Shown here piece by piece: positions 37,395 to 46,395 of a stretch of 64,000 bases of DNA. The notes beneath the pieces were generated by a model, which was not told where the DNA came from, searched no databases, and worked only from the letters and a program-made list of their open reading frames with translations. The stretch's first letter is position 1. The number at the start of each line of letters is the position of its first letter. Made by a program: the position numbers and the translations under genes. Origin of the DNA: Candidatus Nitrospinota bacterium M3_3B_026 (GTDB lineage Bacteria > Nitrospinota_A > UBA7883 > JBPRGF01); assembly GCA_051418015.1 (NCBI GenBank), contig JBPRGF010000023.1, positions 1 through 64,000 on the forward strand. The letters run 5' to 3'.

Positions 37395-39395
37395 GTGAGC
37401 CGTCCGGCGTACGCCCGCAACCGGCGCGCCTGGAGGATTTACAACGACCACAGGATCGAGCGGGCTCTCCAGATAGACCCGGAGAAGGGGAGAGTGGCCT
37501 TCCACGTCATCCCCTACCTCCTGAGCACGAACCATCCCGCCCTACCCGGATACATCGAGGGCGAGGCCGCCCCTGGAGGAATATACCTTTACACCCCGGG
37601 GAAAGAGACCGGGAGCGCCGTGCGGCGCGCGTTCCCGGAATACGACTTCGACAGGGTGGAAGCCACCCGGGGCGTGACCAGGCTGACGGTGGTGTCCCTG
37701 CTCATCATGGGCTCCATCGGCGCCGTGGCCCAGACCAAAAAGTCGGACTATGACTACTGGGTCGTCGTCGACGAATCCGCCATGTCCCCGGAGGAGCTGG
37801 ATGCCCTGAAGGCCAAGCTCGGCGCCATCAAGGCCTGGACCGTGGAAAAGAAGATCGAGGCCCATTTTTTCATCTCCGACGTGACCAGGGCGAAAAACAA
37901 CGATTTCGGCGAGACCGACAAGGAGTCCGCCGGATCCGCGCAGGCGGCGATCCTGAAGGAGGAGTTCTACAGGACGTTCATCCTCGCCGCGGGAAAGGAG
38001 CCGGTATGGTCCGCCCTCCCGCCGGGGCTGGACAAGGAGGAATACGAGAAGAACAAGGAGATGATGTTCGACGGGGGGGAAGTGGACGAGGCGGAGATGG
38101 TGGACCTCGGCGCGGCGGAGCCGATACCGATGGAGGAGCTTTTCGGGGCGTTGTTGTGGCAGTTCAACAAGGCCATGGAAAGCCCCCACAAGTCCGTCCT
38201 CAAGATGGCCCTCATAGAGACATTCATAAACGCCGGCCCCGGCGCGAAACTCTTGTGCGACATACTCAAAGGCGCCGTCCACGGGAACCCGGAGATGTCC
38301 CACCAGGCGGACCCTTACCTGCTGATGTTCGACTACGTCCATCGCGGCTACCTGAAGGCCAAACGCAAGGCCGAGGCGAAGACGCTGGAGAAATGTTTTT
38401 TTCTGAAGTCTTTCGACGCGCCCGTGGGGGGGCTGGAGGACGACGAGGGACTGCCTTACAAGGAAAGGACGCTCAGGCTCCTTTTGCGCCGGTGGAAATG
38501 GGACGAGAAGACCGTCCAGGACATGAACGGTTTTTCCTCCTGGGACTTCAAGAAGGTCGCGGCCCTGGCCTCATCCCTGCACAACTTCATGCTGGCGGTC
38601 TACAGGAGGCTGACCGACCGCGTGGCCCGCAAGCCCAACGTGGAGAGGATCATAACCGACACCGACCTGACGCTGCTGGGGCGCAAGCTCTTCACGCTCT
38701 ACTCGAAAAAACCGGGGAAGATAGAATACCTGAAACGGGTCATGGACGAGCTGGAGGGGCTGGACGCCGTCTCTTTCATCGCGGAGATAAAGCACGGCCG
38801 CAGACCTGTCTGGACGGTCTGCAAAGGCAACATAACAAGCCGCGTGGCCAAGGGGGGGAGCGTCAAGGAAATCGCCGTAAAGAGCGCGCCGGACCCCGTG
38901 GAGCTTCTGGCCTGGTTGAGGCTGAACAGGGTTTCCAGGAAGAACACGTTCTTCTACCTCATACCCAGCGAGTCGCCCGTCTCCCTGACCGACCTGCAGG
39001 AGCTGATGGACAGGATCACGTCGATATTCCCGGACATGGACCTGGCCTCCCTGGCGAAGGAGGACCTGCTGTCCAGGGCGGTGGTGGAGCGGGCTCTCGT
39101 AGTGGTGAACTTCACCACCCCCCGGTGGGAAAGTGAGGTGGAATCCCTGCACGTGATTTACATGAACAGCTGGGGAGAGGTCTACTGCCACGCCCTCTCC
39201 GCCGCCGAGGGCTACTCCAAGCTGCTGGACATCCTCCTGCAGACGAGGGAGAACAGCTTTTCCGTCCACGACGCCTCGGTGTTCGATATCTACGTCCCCA
39301 AGGGGGACAACAGGACGCGCCTTCGGACGAGGATCAGCGATTTTTTGATGAGCAGGTTCCTGCCGAGGCGGCCGGGGGCGCCGCGGCCCAGGTGA
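37395..39395 (+). CDS. cyaA: Class I adenylate cyclase
   Basis: NHPALPGY, MGSIGAVAQ..SDYDYW (GS-x10-DxDxW), EEFYRT, SPHKSVLK, DPY, CFFLK, NSWGEV. Confidence 0.88.
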   Translation: MSRPAYARNRRAWRIYNDHRIERALQIDPEKGRVAFHVIPYLLSTNHPALPGYIEGEAAPGGIYLYTPGKETGSAVRRAFPEYDFDRVEATRGVTRLTVVSLLIMGSIGAVAQTKKSDYDYWVVVDESAMSPEELDALKAKLGAIKAWTVEKKIEAHFFISDVTRAKNNDFGETDKESAGSAQAAILKEEFYRTFILAAGKEPVWSALPPGLDKEEYEKNKEMMFDGGEVDEAEMVDLGAAEPIPMEELFGALLWQFNKAMESPHKSVLKMALIETFINAGPGAKLLCDILKGAVHGNPEMSHQADPYLLMFDYVHRGYLKAKRKAEAKTLEKCFFLKSFDAPVGGLEDDEGLPYKERTLRLLLRRWKWDEKTVQDMNGFSSWDFKKVAALASSLHNFMLAVYRRLTDRVARKPNVERIITDTDLTLLGRKLFTLYSKKPGKIEYLKRVMDELEGLDAVSFIAEIKHGRRPVWTVCKGNITSRVAKGGSVKEIAVKSAPDPVELLAWLRLNRVSRKNTFFYLIPSESPVSLTDLQELMDRITSIFPDMDLASLAKEDLLSRAVVERALVVVNFTTPRWESEVESLHVIYMNSWGEVYCHALSAAEGYSKLLDILLQTRENSFSVHDASVFDIYVPKGDNRTRLRTRISDFLMSRFLPRRPGAPRPR

Positions 39396-39411
39396 GCGCG
39401 ACCTCTCCGCC

Positions 39412-40131
39412 ATGCGCGTGATATCCATAATCGTCCCCGCCCTCCGGGAGGGAAGCGCCGTCGCGCGGCTGGCCTCGGCTTTCAAGGGAACGCCGGGCGT
39501 TACTTTCGTCGCCGCCCTCGCCGAGGGCGACGATGAGACGGAGGAGCCCGAGAAGAGGCCCGGCGTGACGGTCGTCAGGTCCGCCCCGGGACGGGGAACG
39601 CAGATGAACGCGGGGGCCATGGTGGCGGAAGGGGATATCCTGCTCTTCCTGCACGCCGACACCCGCATAGACCCCCGCTCTCTCGGTAAAGCCCGGGCCG
39701 TGATGGAGCGGCCGGACGTGGCGCTCGGTTTTTACAGACTCAGGATAGACTCACCGTCGCCGAAGGCCGGGATAATCTCCGCCGCGGCGAACGTCCGGTG
39801 CGCCCTGCTCAAAACTCCCTACGGCGACCAGGTGTTCTTCCTGAGAAGGGAGGTGTTCGAAAAAATCGGCGGCTTTCCCGATGTCCCTCTGATGGAGGAC
39901 GCGGCGCTGGCCGCGGCGGCAAAACGGATCGGCGGGCTGGCCCGGCTGGACGATTTCGCCGTGACCTCCGCCCGGCGGTGGGAGAGGCGCGGCTACCTGA
40001 AAAACACGTTGCGGAACTGGTCGATCGCGCTGGCCTGGAAGGCCGGCGTCGGACCGGAGAAGTTATACAAAATATATTACGGCGCGGATAAAAGGCCGCG
40101 GGGGCGGGATCAGCCCTCCTGCTCCGGCTGA
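39412..40131 (+). CDS. GT2 glycosyltransferase, TIGR04283-like family
   Basis: GRGTQMNAGA, LFLHADT, PYGDQ, GGF..VPLMED, TSARRW. Confidence 0.85.
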   Translation: MRVISIIVPALREGSAVARLASAFKGTPGVTFVAALAEGDDETEEPEKRPGVTVVRSAPGRGTQMNAGAMVAEGDILLFLHADTRIDPRSLGKARAVMERPDVALGFYRLRIDSPSPKAGIISAAANVRCALLKTPYGDQVFFLRREVFEKIGGFPDVPLMEDAALAAAAKRIGGLARLDDFAVTSARRWERRGYLKNTLRNWSIALAWKAGVGPEKLYKIYYGADKRPRGRDQPSCSG

Positions 40132-40760
40132 TATTTTTCCACCACCGGCGCCGCGGGCTTTCGCACAAGCCCCTCGAAAGCGTTCACCAGGGAAGGGTCG
40201 TCCCACTTGCCGGGGCCTACCAGGTGGTGCATCACTATGCCGTTCTTGTCGATCAGGAAAGTCTCCGGAACTCCGGTGATGCCGTACTGGGAGGAGACCT
40301 CCTGTTCCGGGTCCAGCGCCACGGGGAATGTCAGCCCCAGCTCCTCCATGAAAGGACCGACGAGCGAGGTGTCTTCGTCTATGCTGATGGTGAGCATGGC
40401 GAAATCCTCGTCCTTGAACATTTCGTGCAGTTTCTGCATGGAAGGCATCTCCTCCCGGCAGGGAGGGCACCACGTGGCCCATATGTTCAGGAAAACGATC
40501 TTGCCCCTGTAATCCGACAGCCTCATCTGGCCGCCGCCAAGGGTAGGCAGGGTGAAGTCCGGCGCGGGCTGGCCGTCCATCTTCGTCTGGGGCTGGCCGG
40601 AGGGCTGGACCTCCGACACGGGCCTTATGGGCTCCTCAAGGCTCTTCTCGATCTTCCAGAAACCCGTGACAACGATCATCGCCACCATGAGCGTCCCGAA
40701 GGGGATCCATTTCAGCCTGTCTTCCGCCGCAACGTCCATCCTTACCTCGCTTGTTCTCAT
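40110..40760 (-). CDS. TlpA/ResA-family thiol-disulfide oxidoreductase
   Basis: N-terminal TM; APDFTL, NIWATWCPPCREEMP, GVPETFLID. Confidence 0.93.
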   Translation of the reverse strand: MRTSEVRMDVAAEDRLKWIPFGTLMVAMIVVTGFWKIEKSLEEPIRPVSEVQPSGQPQTKMDGQPAPDFTLPTLGGGQMRLSDYRGKIVFLNIWATWCPPCREEMPSMQKLHEMFKDEDFAMLTISIDEDTSLVGPFMEELGLTFPVALDPEQEVSSQYGITGVPETFLIDKNGIVMHHLVGPGKWDDPSLVNAFEGLVRKPAAPVVEKYQPEQEG

Positions 40761-40899
40761 TCGTTTAAAGTGTAATCGCTTCCAGGAAGCCTTTCAATAT
40801 CCATGTGACCCTCCCGCCGGGGTTTTTCGTTTTCCCGTTTTGACACGGGAGCGGTTATCGTCTACCATCCGAGCTTTACCTTCTTAGGCTGACGACACG

Positions 40900-41523
40900 A
40901 TGAGAGCCATCCATCTGAAACCGGACCGGCCGTCCTACAAGCCGTTGCGCGAGGCGGCGGAGATCGTGCTGGACGGCGGGGTAATGGTCTACCCCACGGA
41001 CACCATCTACGGCCTGGGTTGCGACGCCTTTTCGAAAAGCTCCATAGAGCGCATATCCCGCATCAAGAAGCGCGACCCGGCCAAACCCTTCTCCTTCGTG
41101 TGCCACGACATAGGCCAGATAAGCGAGTTCGCTTTCGTCTCCAACTGGGCCTACAGGCTCGTCAAAAAGCTCCTTCCCGGGCCTTACACGTTCATACTGG
41201 AGGCCCGCAAGACGAACATACCCAAGAAGATGCTGGGCAAAAGAAACACCGTCGGCGTGCGGATTCCGGGCTCTCCGATCTGCCAGCGGCTGGTGGAGCT
41301 TGTCGGCCATCCCATAGTCTCCACCTCCGTCAACCTTGCCGGTGGCGAACCCCTGACAGACCCGGTCATGCTGCCGGAGGATTTTTCGCGCTACATAGAC
41401 ATCATAATCTCCGTCGGCCCCCTCGTCTCCGTCCCGTCCACGGTGGTCGATCTCACCGGCGAAGAGCCTGTCGTCCTCCGCGAGGGAAAAGGCGCCATCA
41501 CGTGGCAAGCCGGCGGGGCCTGA
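40900..41523 (+). CDS. Sua5/YrdC/YciO family protein (threonylcarbamoyl-AMP synthase-like)
   Basis: YPTDTIYGLGC, K.R...KP, LPGPYTFIL, VGVRIP, STSVN, PSTVVDL. Confidence 0.92.
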   Translation: MRAIHLKPDRPSYKPLREAAEIVLDGGVMVYPTDTIYGLGCDAFSKSSIERISRIKKRDPAKPFSFVCHDIGQISEFAFVSNWAYRLVKKLLPGPYTFILEARKTNIPKKMLGKRNTVGVRIPGSPICQRLVELVGHPIVSTSVNLAGGEPLTDPVMLPEDFSRYIDIIISVGPLVSVPSTVVDLTGEEPVVLREGKGAITWQAGGA

Positions 41524-41579
41524 AAAAACCGGCCTCGTTTTGTAAAGCGGGTGGTGTTTATTTACAGGACATGTGATAA

Positions 41580-41861
41580 ATGTGGCTTTTACTGTCAAGC
41601 ATATTCACTTTCACTTTCTGGGCGCTTTTCGGCGCTTATATTTTTTTCGACCTCTACTTGGATTACCCGGCCTCTTCTCTACCTTTCTTTCTTTTGTCCC
41701 GCTTGATAGGCATCTATAATATTCTGGCGATTGTCTATTGCATCGTTCGATTCAAAAGCTACAAGAAATCGTTGATAATCGCTTCCATGATCATGTATAC
41801 CGTCCCCTTGGTTGGGGTCGGCGGTTTCTTCTTCTGGCTATTTTTTGGTTTTGCGATGTGA
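41580..41861 (+). CDS. Small hydrophobic hypothetical membrane protein (about 3 TM), low GC
   Basis: 93 aa ORF, three hydrophobic stretches, about 43% GC by manual count. Confidence 0.5.
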   Translation: MWLLLSSIFTFTFWALFGAYIFFDLYLDYPASSLPFFLLSRLIGIYNILAIVYCIVRFKSYKKSLIIASMIMYTVPLVGVGGFFFWLFFGFAM

Positions 41862-41930
41862 GATTGGAGGAAGTCACGCGCCGGGACTCGATTATCCTGC
41901 AGCGAAAAAATTCAGGAGCTTTATAAATCA

Positions 41931-43679
41931 ATGACCGACATACACGCCATGCGCCACTCCGCGGCGCACGTCATGGCGGAGGCGATACAGAGGTTGTACC
42001 CGAACGCGCAGTTCGCCTACGGCCCGGAGACGGAGGAAGGTTTTTATTACGACGTCAATATACCCGACGGCCATATCACGGAAGAAGACCTGCCCAAAAT
42101 CCAGAAGATCATGAAGGAGATAATAAAGGGCAAACACGAGTTCGTCCGCGAGGATATCCCGCGCGAACAGGCCCTGGAAATCTTCGCGGACCAGAAATTC
42201 AAGGTCCTCACGCTGGAAAACCAGCTTAAGGATGAGAAGACCGTCTCCATCTACCGGCAGGGGAATTTCGTCGATCTTTGCCGCGGCCCGCACGTCGAAA
42301 ACACGAAGCAGATAAAAGCGTTCAAGGTGGACAGGATAGCGGGCTCCTACTGGCTGGGCGACTCGAAAAACGAGCCGTTGCAGCGCGTTTACGGGCTGTG
42401 CTTCCCCACAAAGGAGGAGCTGAAGGAGCATCAAAGGCGGCTGGAGGAGGCGAAAAAGCGCGACCACCGGCTGATCGCAAAGAAGCTGAAGCTCTTCTCG
42501 TGGCACGAGGAGGGGCCGGGGTTTCCCTTCATGCTGCCGAAGGGCAGGACGATATTCAACCTGCTGGTGGACTATAACAGGAGAAAAAACACCGAGCGCG
42601 GCTTCGTGGAGATACACACCCCGCAGATGCTGGTCGAGGACCTGTGGGCCACCTCCGGCCATACCGGCTACTATCGGGAGAACATGTACTTTTCCGAGGT
42701 GGACGAGCGCTCGTTCGCCATAAAGCCGATGAATTGCCCCGGCGGAGTCCTCGTCTACAAGGAGGAGCGGCGCTCATACCGCGACCTGCCCATGCGCGTG
42801 GCCGAGTTCGGCCTGGTGAGCCGCCACGAGCTCTCCGGCGTGCTCAGCGGCCTGTTCCGCGCCCGCGCCTTCACACAGGACGACGCGCACATCTACCTCG
42901 ACATGAAGGACCTCAAGGCCGAGATACAGGACATCGTCGACCACACCATGGAGGTCTACCGCGACTTCGGGTTCGACGACTACACGATCTACGTCGCCAC
43001 CAGGCCGGAGAAGGCCATAGGCGAGCCGGAGGCGTGGGAGCGGGCGACGCGGATACTGATGGAAGCGCTTGATGAGAAGAATCTGAAGTACGGCGTCAAG
43101 GAAGGGGAAGGCGCCTTCTACGGGCCGAAAATAGAGTTCAACGTCAAGGACTGCATCGGGCGGCCGTGGCAGCTTGGCACGGTGCAGGTGGACTTTTTCC
43201 TGCCGGAGAGGTTCGGGCTGGAGTTCATCGGCGAGGACGGAAGGGCCCATCGCCCGGCCATGCTCCACCGCGCCATATTCGGCTCGCTGGAGCGCTTCAT
43301 CGGGGTGCTCATAGAGCATACCATGGGCGCGTTCCCCGTCTGGCTGACGCCGGTCCAGGCGATTGTCCTGCCCATTACGGACAACCAGAACGACTACGCG
43401 GAAAAGGTCCGGCGCCAGCTGACCGCCGAAGGGGCGCGGGTGGAGGCGGACATCTCCTCGGAGCGGGTGCAGAAGAAGATAAGGGAGGCGCAGCTGCAGA
43501 AAATACCCTACATGCTCGTCGCGGGCCCCCGCGAGGCGGAGAATGGGACGGTCTCCGTCAGGCTCAGGTCCGGCGTCGACCTTGGGGCCATGAGCCTGGA
43601 GGATTTTTTGAGCGGCCTGCGGGAAATGGAAAAGACGAAATCGGACCGGCTGTGGCCGGGGGAGGAGGGCGAGAAATAA
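41931..43679 (+). CDS. thrS: Threonine--tRNA ligase (short form, no N-terminal TGS domain)
   Basis: RHSAAH, DLCRGPH, RDHR, KPMNCP, FTQDDAH, AFYGPK, HRAIFGSLERF. Confidence 0.98.
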   Translation: MTDIHAMRHSAAHVMAEAIQRLYPNAQFAYGPETEEGFYYDVNIPDGHITEEDLPKIQKIMKEIIKGKHEFVREDIPREQALEIFADQKFKVLTLENQLKDEKTVSIYRQGNFVDLCRGPHVENTKQIKAFKVDRIAGSYWLGDSKNEPLQRVYGLCFPTKEELKEHQRRLEEAKKRDHRLIAKKLKLFSWHEEGPGFPFMLPKGRTIFNLLVDYNRRKNTERGFVEIHTPQMLVEDLWATSGHTGYYRENMYFSEVDERSFAIKPMNCPGGVLVYKEERRSYRDLPMRVAEFGLVSRHELSGVLSGLFRARAFTQDDAHIYLDMKDLKAEIQDIVDHTMEVYRDFGFDDYTIYVATRPEKAIGEPEAWERATRILMEALDEKNLKYGVKEGEGAFYGPKIEFNVKDCIGRPWQLGTVQVDFFLPERFGLEFIGEDGRAHRPAMLHRAIFGSLERFIGVLIEHTMGAFPVWLTPVQAIVLPITDNQNDYAEKVRRQLTAEGARVEADISSERVQKKIREAQLQKIPYMLVAGPREAENGTVSVRLRSGVDLGAMSLEDFLSGLREMEKTKSDRLWPGEEGEK

Positions 43680-44177
43680 ATGGCGAAGGAAAGCTCTTTT
43701 GACATAGTTTCAAAGGTTGACATGCAGGAGGTGTCCAACGCCATCAACCAGGCCATGGCGGAGATCAGGCAGCGGTACGATTTCAAGGGCTCGAAGTCCG
43801 AAATAACCCTCGACCAGAAGGCGGGGACGATAAACATCCTCGCCGACGACGATCTGAAGCTCAAGAGCGTCGTGGACATCCTCCAGTCAAAGCTTGTCCG
43901 GCGGGGAGTGGCGCTGAAGGCGCTGGACTACGGCCCCGTCGAAAAAGCCACCGGCGGCATGGCAAGGCAGGTGATAACCCTGCAGCAGGGCATCCCCACG
44001 GAGAAGGCCAAGGAGATAGTGAAGCTCATCAAGAACATGAAGCTCAAAGTCCAGGGCGCCATCCAGGGCGACCAGGTGCGCGTCACCGGCAAGAAAAAAG
44101 ACGACCTGCAAGCGGTCATCGCCGCGCTGAAGGAGAAGGATTTCGGCATAGATATGCAGTTCATCAATTACAGGTAG
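43680..44177 (+). CDS. yajQ: YajQ family nucleotide/c-di-GMP-binding protein
   Basis: [43 protein letters not shown]. Confidence 0.96.
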   Translation: MAKESSFDIVSKVDMQEVSNAINQAMAEIRQRYDFKGSKSEITLDQKAGTINILADDDLKLKSVVDILQSKLVRRGVALKALDYGPVEKATGGMARQVITLQQGIPTEKAKEIVKLIKNMKLKVQGAIQGDQVRVTGKKKDDLQAVIAALKEKDFGIDMQFINYR

Positions 44178-44181
44178 CCTC

Positions 44182-45015
44182 TTGGTCCCCCTCTTCATCG
44201 TCGACGCCTTCGCCGAAAAACCCTTCAGCGGAAACCCCGCCGCCGTCTGCCTGCTGCTGGACGAGGAGAGGCCGGATGAATGGAAACAATACCTCGCCGC
44301 GGAGATGAACCTTTCCGAGACGGCCTTTGTCACACGCGGGAAAGACGGCGCCGAAAATATTTTCGGTCTGCGGTGGTTCACACCAGCGACGGAGGTAAAC
44401 CTCTGCGGCCACGCGACCCTCGCTTCGGCCCACGTCCTATGGGAAGAGGGGATCGTCCCCTCGTCTGAAAAAATCATGTTCGAGACAAAAAGCGGCCCGC
44501 TGGAGGCGGCCCGGACGGCGGATGGGGTGAGCCTCGATTTCCCCGCCATAAACCCCGAGCCCGCCGCGCCGCCGATGGAGCTTGTGGAGGGCCTGGGGAC
44601 GAACCCCCTGACCGTAAGAAAAGCGGGAGAGGATTTTATGGTGGAGCTTGCGTCGCCGGAGGCCGTGGAGGAACTGGCGCCGGATCTGCCGGTTCTGAAG
44701 CGTCTGGATTGCAGGGGAGTGATCGTGACCGCCCGCGGCGGGGAGGGGGCGGATTTTGTCTCGCGTTTTTTCGCGCCCTCGGCGGGGATAGACGAAGACC
44801 CCGTCACAGGCTCCGCCCATTGCTCCCTGGGCGTCTACTGGTCCCGGATGCTTGGCAGGAAGAAACTTTCCGCGAGGCAGCTTTCGAAAAGGGGCGGCTT
44901 TCTCAAGGTCGAAGTGAAAGAGAACCGCGTGATCCTCTCCGGCAAGGCCGTGACCGTGTTGAGAGGAGAGCTTGAGGCGCCGCCTGGGAACCGCCGCGCC
45001 GTCAACTCTCCTTGA
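44182..45015 (+). CDS. PhzF family isomerase/epimerase
   Basis: VDAFA..PFSGNPAAV, NLSETAF, LRWFTP..EV.LCGHATLA, EDPVTGSAH. Confidence 0.95.
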   Translation: MVPLFIVDAFAEKPFSGNPAAVCLLLDEERPDEWKQYLAAEMNLSETAFVTRGKDGAENIFGLRWFTPATEVNLCGHATLASAHVLWEEGIVPSSEKIMFETKSGPLEAARTADGVSLDFPAINPEPAAPPMELVEGLGTNPLTVRKAGEDFMVELASPEAVEELAPDLPVLKRLDCRGVIVTARGGEGADFVSRFFAPSAGIDEDPVTGSAHCSLGVYWSRMLGRKKLSARQLSKRGGFLKVEVKENRVILSGKAVTVLRGELEAPPGNRRAVNSP

Positions 45016-46390
45016 ATCTCCTGGTGTCGATCCCGTACTTTTTGATCTTGTACCACATGCTCCGCTCGGTGATGTTCAGGTCCTTCGCGGCGCGGTTCTG
45101 CCGCCAGCCGTTTCTCTCCAGGGCGGTGAGAATCAGGCTCTTCTCAAACTCGCTCACCATCTCGTCCAGTCCGCCGGTCTCCTCCGGCGGCATGGTGAAA
45201 AGTATCTCGTCCCCCTGCCTGACGCTGGGGGGGATATGCTCCACCCCCAGGGTGTCGCCGTCGCAGACCACCACCGCCCTTTCGATGGCGTTTTCCAGCT
45301 CGCGCACGTTCCCCGGCCACGAGTAGCCCGTCAGTCTTCCCATGGCGGCGGGGTCGATCCTTTTTATCTTCAGCCCGTTCTCGGCGCAGAACTTCTCCGC
45401 GAAATGCTCCGCCAGCGCCGGGATGTCGTCCTTTCGCTCCCGCAGCGGCGGCAGGGATATGACCAGGACGTTGAGCCTGTAGAACAGGTCGTTCCTGAAC
45501 TGCCCCTCCTCTATGGCCTTCGAAAGGTTCCTGTTCGTCGCGGCGATGATCCTTATGTCCACCTTCCGCGGCTGGTGGCTTCCCACGCGCTCGACCTCCC
45601 GCTCCTGCATGGCCCGCAGAACCTTGGCCTGGGTGGAAAGCGCCATGTCGCCTATCTCGTCGAGGAAAAGCGTCCCCCCGTCCGCCGCCTCGAACTTGCC
45701 TATTCTGGCGTCGACCCCCGTGGCGACGTTGCTCTCTATCCCGAAAAGCTCCGCCTCCAGCAGGCTTTCGGGTATGGCGGAACAGTTCACTTTTATGAAG
45801 GGCTTCTCCGCGCGGCCGGAGTTGTAATGCACGGCCTTGGCGACAAGCTCCTTGCCGGAGCCGGTCTCACCGGTTATCAGGACGGTGGAGCGCACCCGCG
45901 CGGCGCGCTCGGTCATGTCGAAAACCTCCCTCATCCTGCCGGAGGAGCCTATTATGGAGTCGAACTTGAACCGCTCCCTGAGATCGAGCCTGAGACGGCG
46001 GTTTTCCATGACAAGCTTCCTGTTGGTGAGCGCGTTGTCCAGGTTGAGGTACAGGTCGTCGGGGTCCACGGGCTTGGTCAGGTAGTTGAAAGCCCCTTCC
46101 CTGATCGTCTCTATGGCGAGCTTTATGTCCCTGGACGCCGTGAGGATTATGACCGGCAGGTCCGGGTCCACGCCCTTGACGGCTTTCATCAGCTCCAGGC
46201 CGGACGTGTCCGGCATGAAATAGTCCAGCACCGCCGCCGAGAAGCGGCCCTCGCTCATCTCCTTCATGGCGTCGCGGAAGGTGAGGCAGGGCGTGACGTC
46301 ATATTTTTTCTTGATCTTCAGGAAGTTGTCCACCATCTGGAGGGCGTTTATGTCATCGTCCACCACCAGTATGTTTTCCTTGACCGCCAT
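45002..46390 (-). CDS. NtrC-family sigma54-dependent response regulator (REC-AAA+-Fis HTH)
   Basis: ILVVDDD receiver; GETGSGKE, FLDEIG, FRNDLFYRL, WPGNVRELEN; loop 1 reads NVATGV instead of GAFTGA. Confidence 0.93.
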   Translation of the reverse strand: MAVKENILVVDDDINALQMVDNFLKIKKKYDVTPCLTFRDAMKEMSEGRFSAAVLDYFMPDTSGLELMKAVKGVDPDLPVIILTASRDIKLAIETIREGAFNYLTKPVDPDDLYLNLDNALTNRKLVMENRRLRLDLRERFKFDSIIGSSGRMREVFDMTERAARVRSTVLITGETGSGKELVAKAVHYNSGRAEKPFIKVNCSAIPESLLEAELFGIESNVATGVDARIGKFEAADGGTLFLDEIGDMALSTQAKVLRAMQEREVERVGSHQPRKVDIRIIAATNRNLSKAIEEGQFRNDLFYRLNVLVISLPPLRERKDDIPALAEHFAEKFCAENGLKIKRIDPAAMGRLTGYSWPGNVRELENAIERAVVVCDGDTLGVEHIPPSVRQGDEILFTMPPEETGGLDEMVSEFEKSLILTALERNGWRQNRAAKDLNITERSMWYKIKKYGIDTRRFKES

Positions 46391-46395
46391 ACGCC

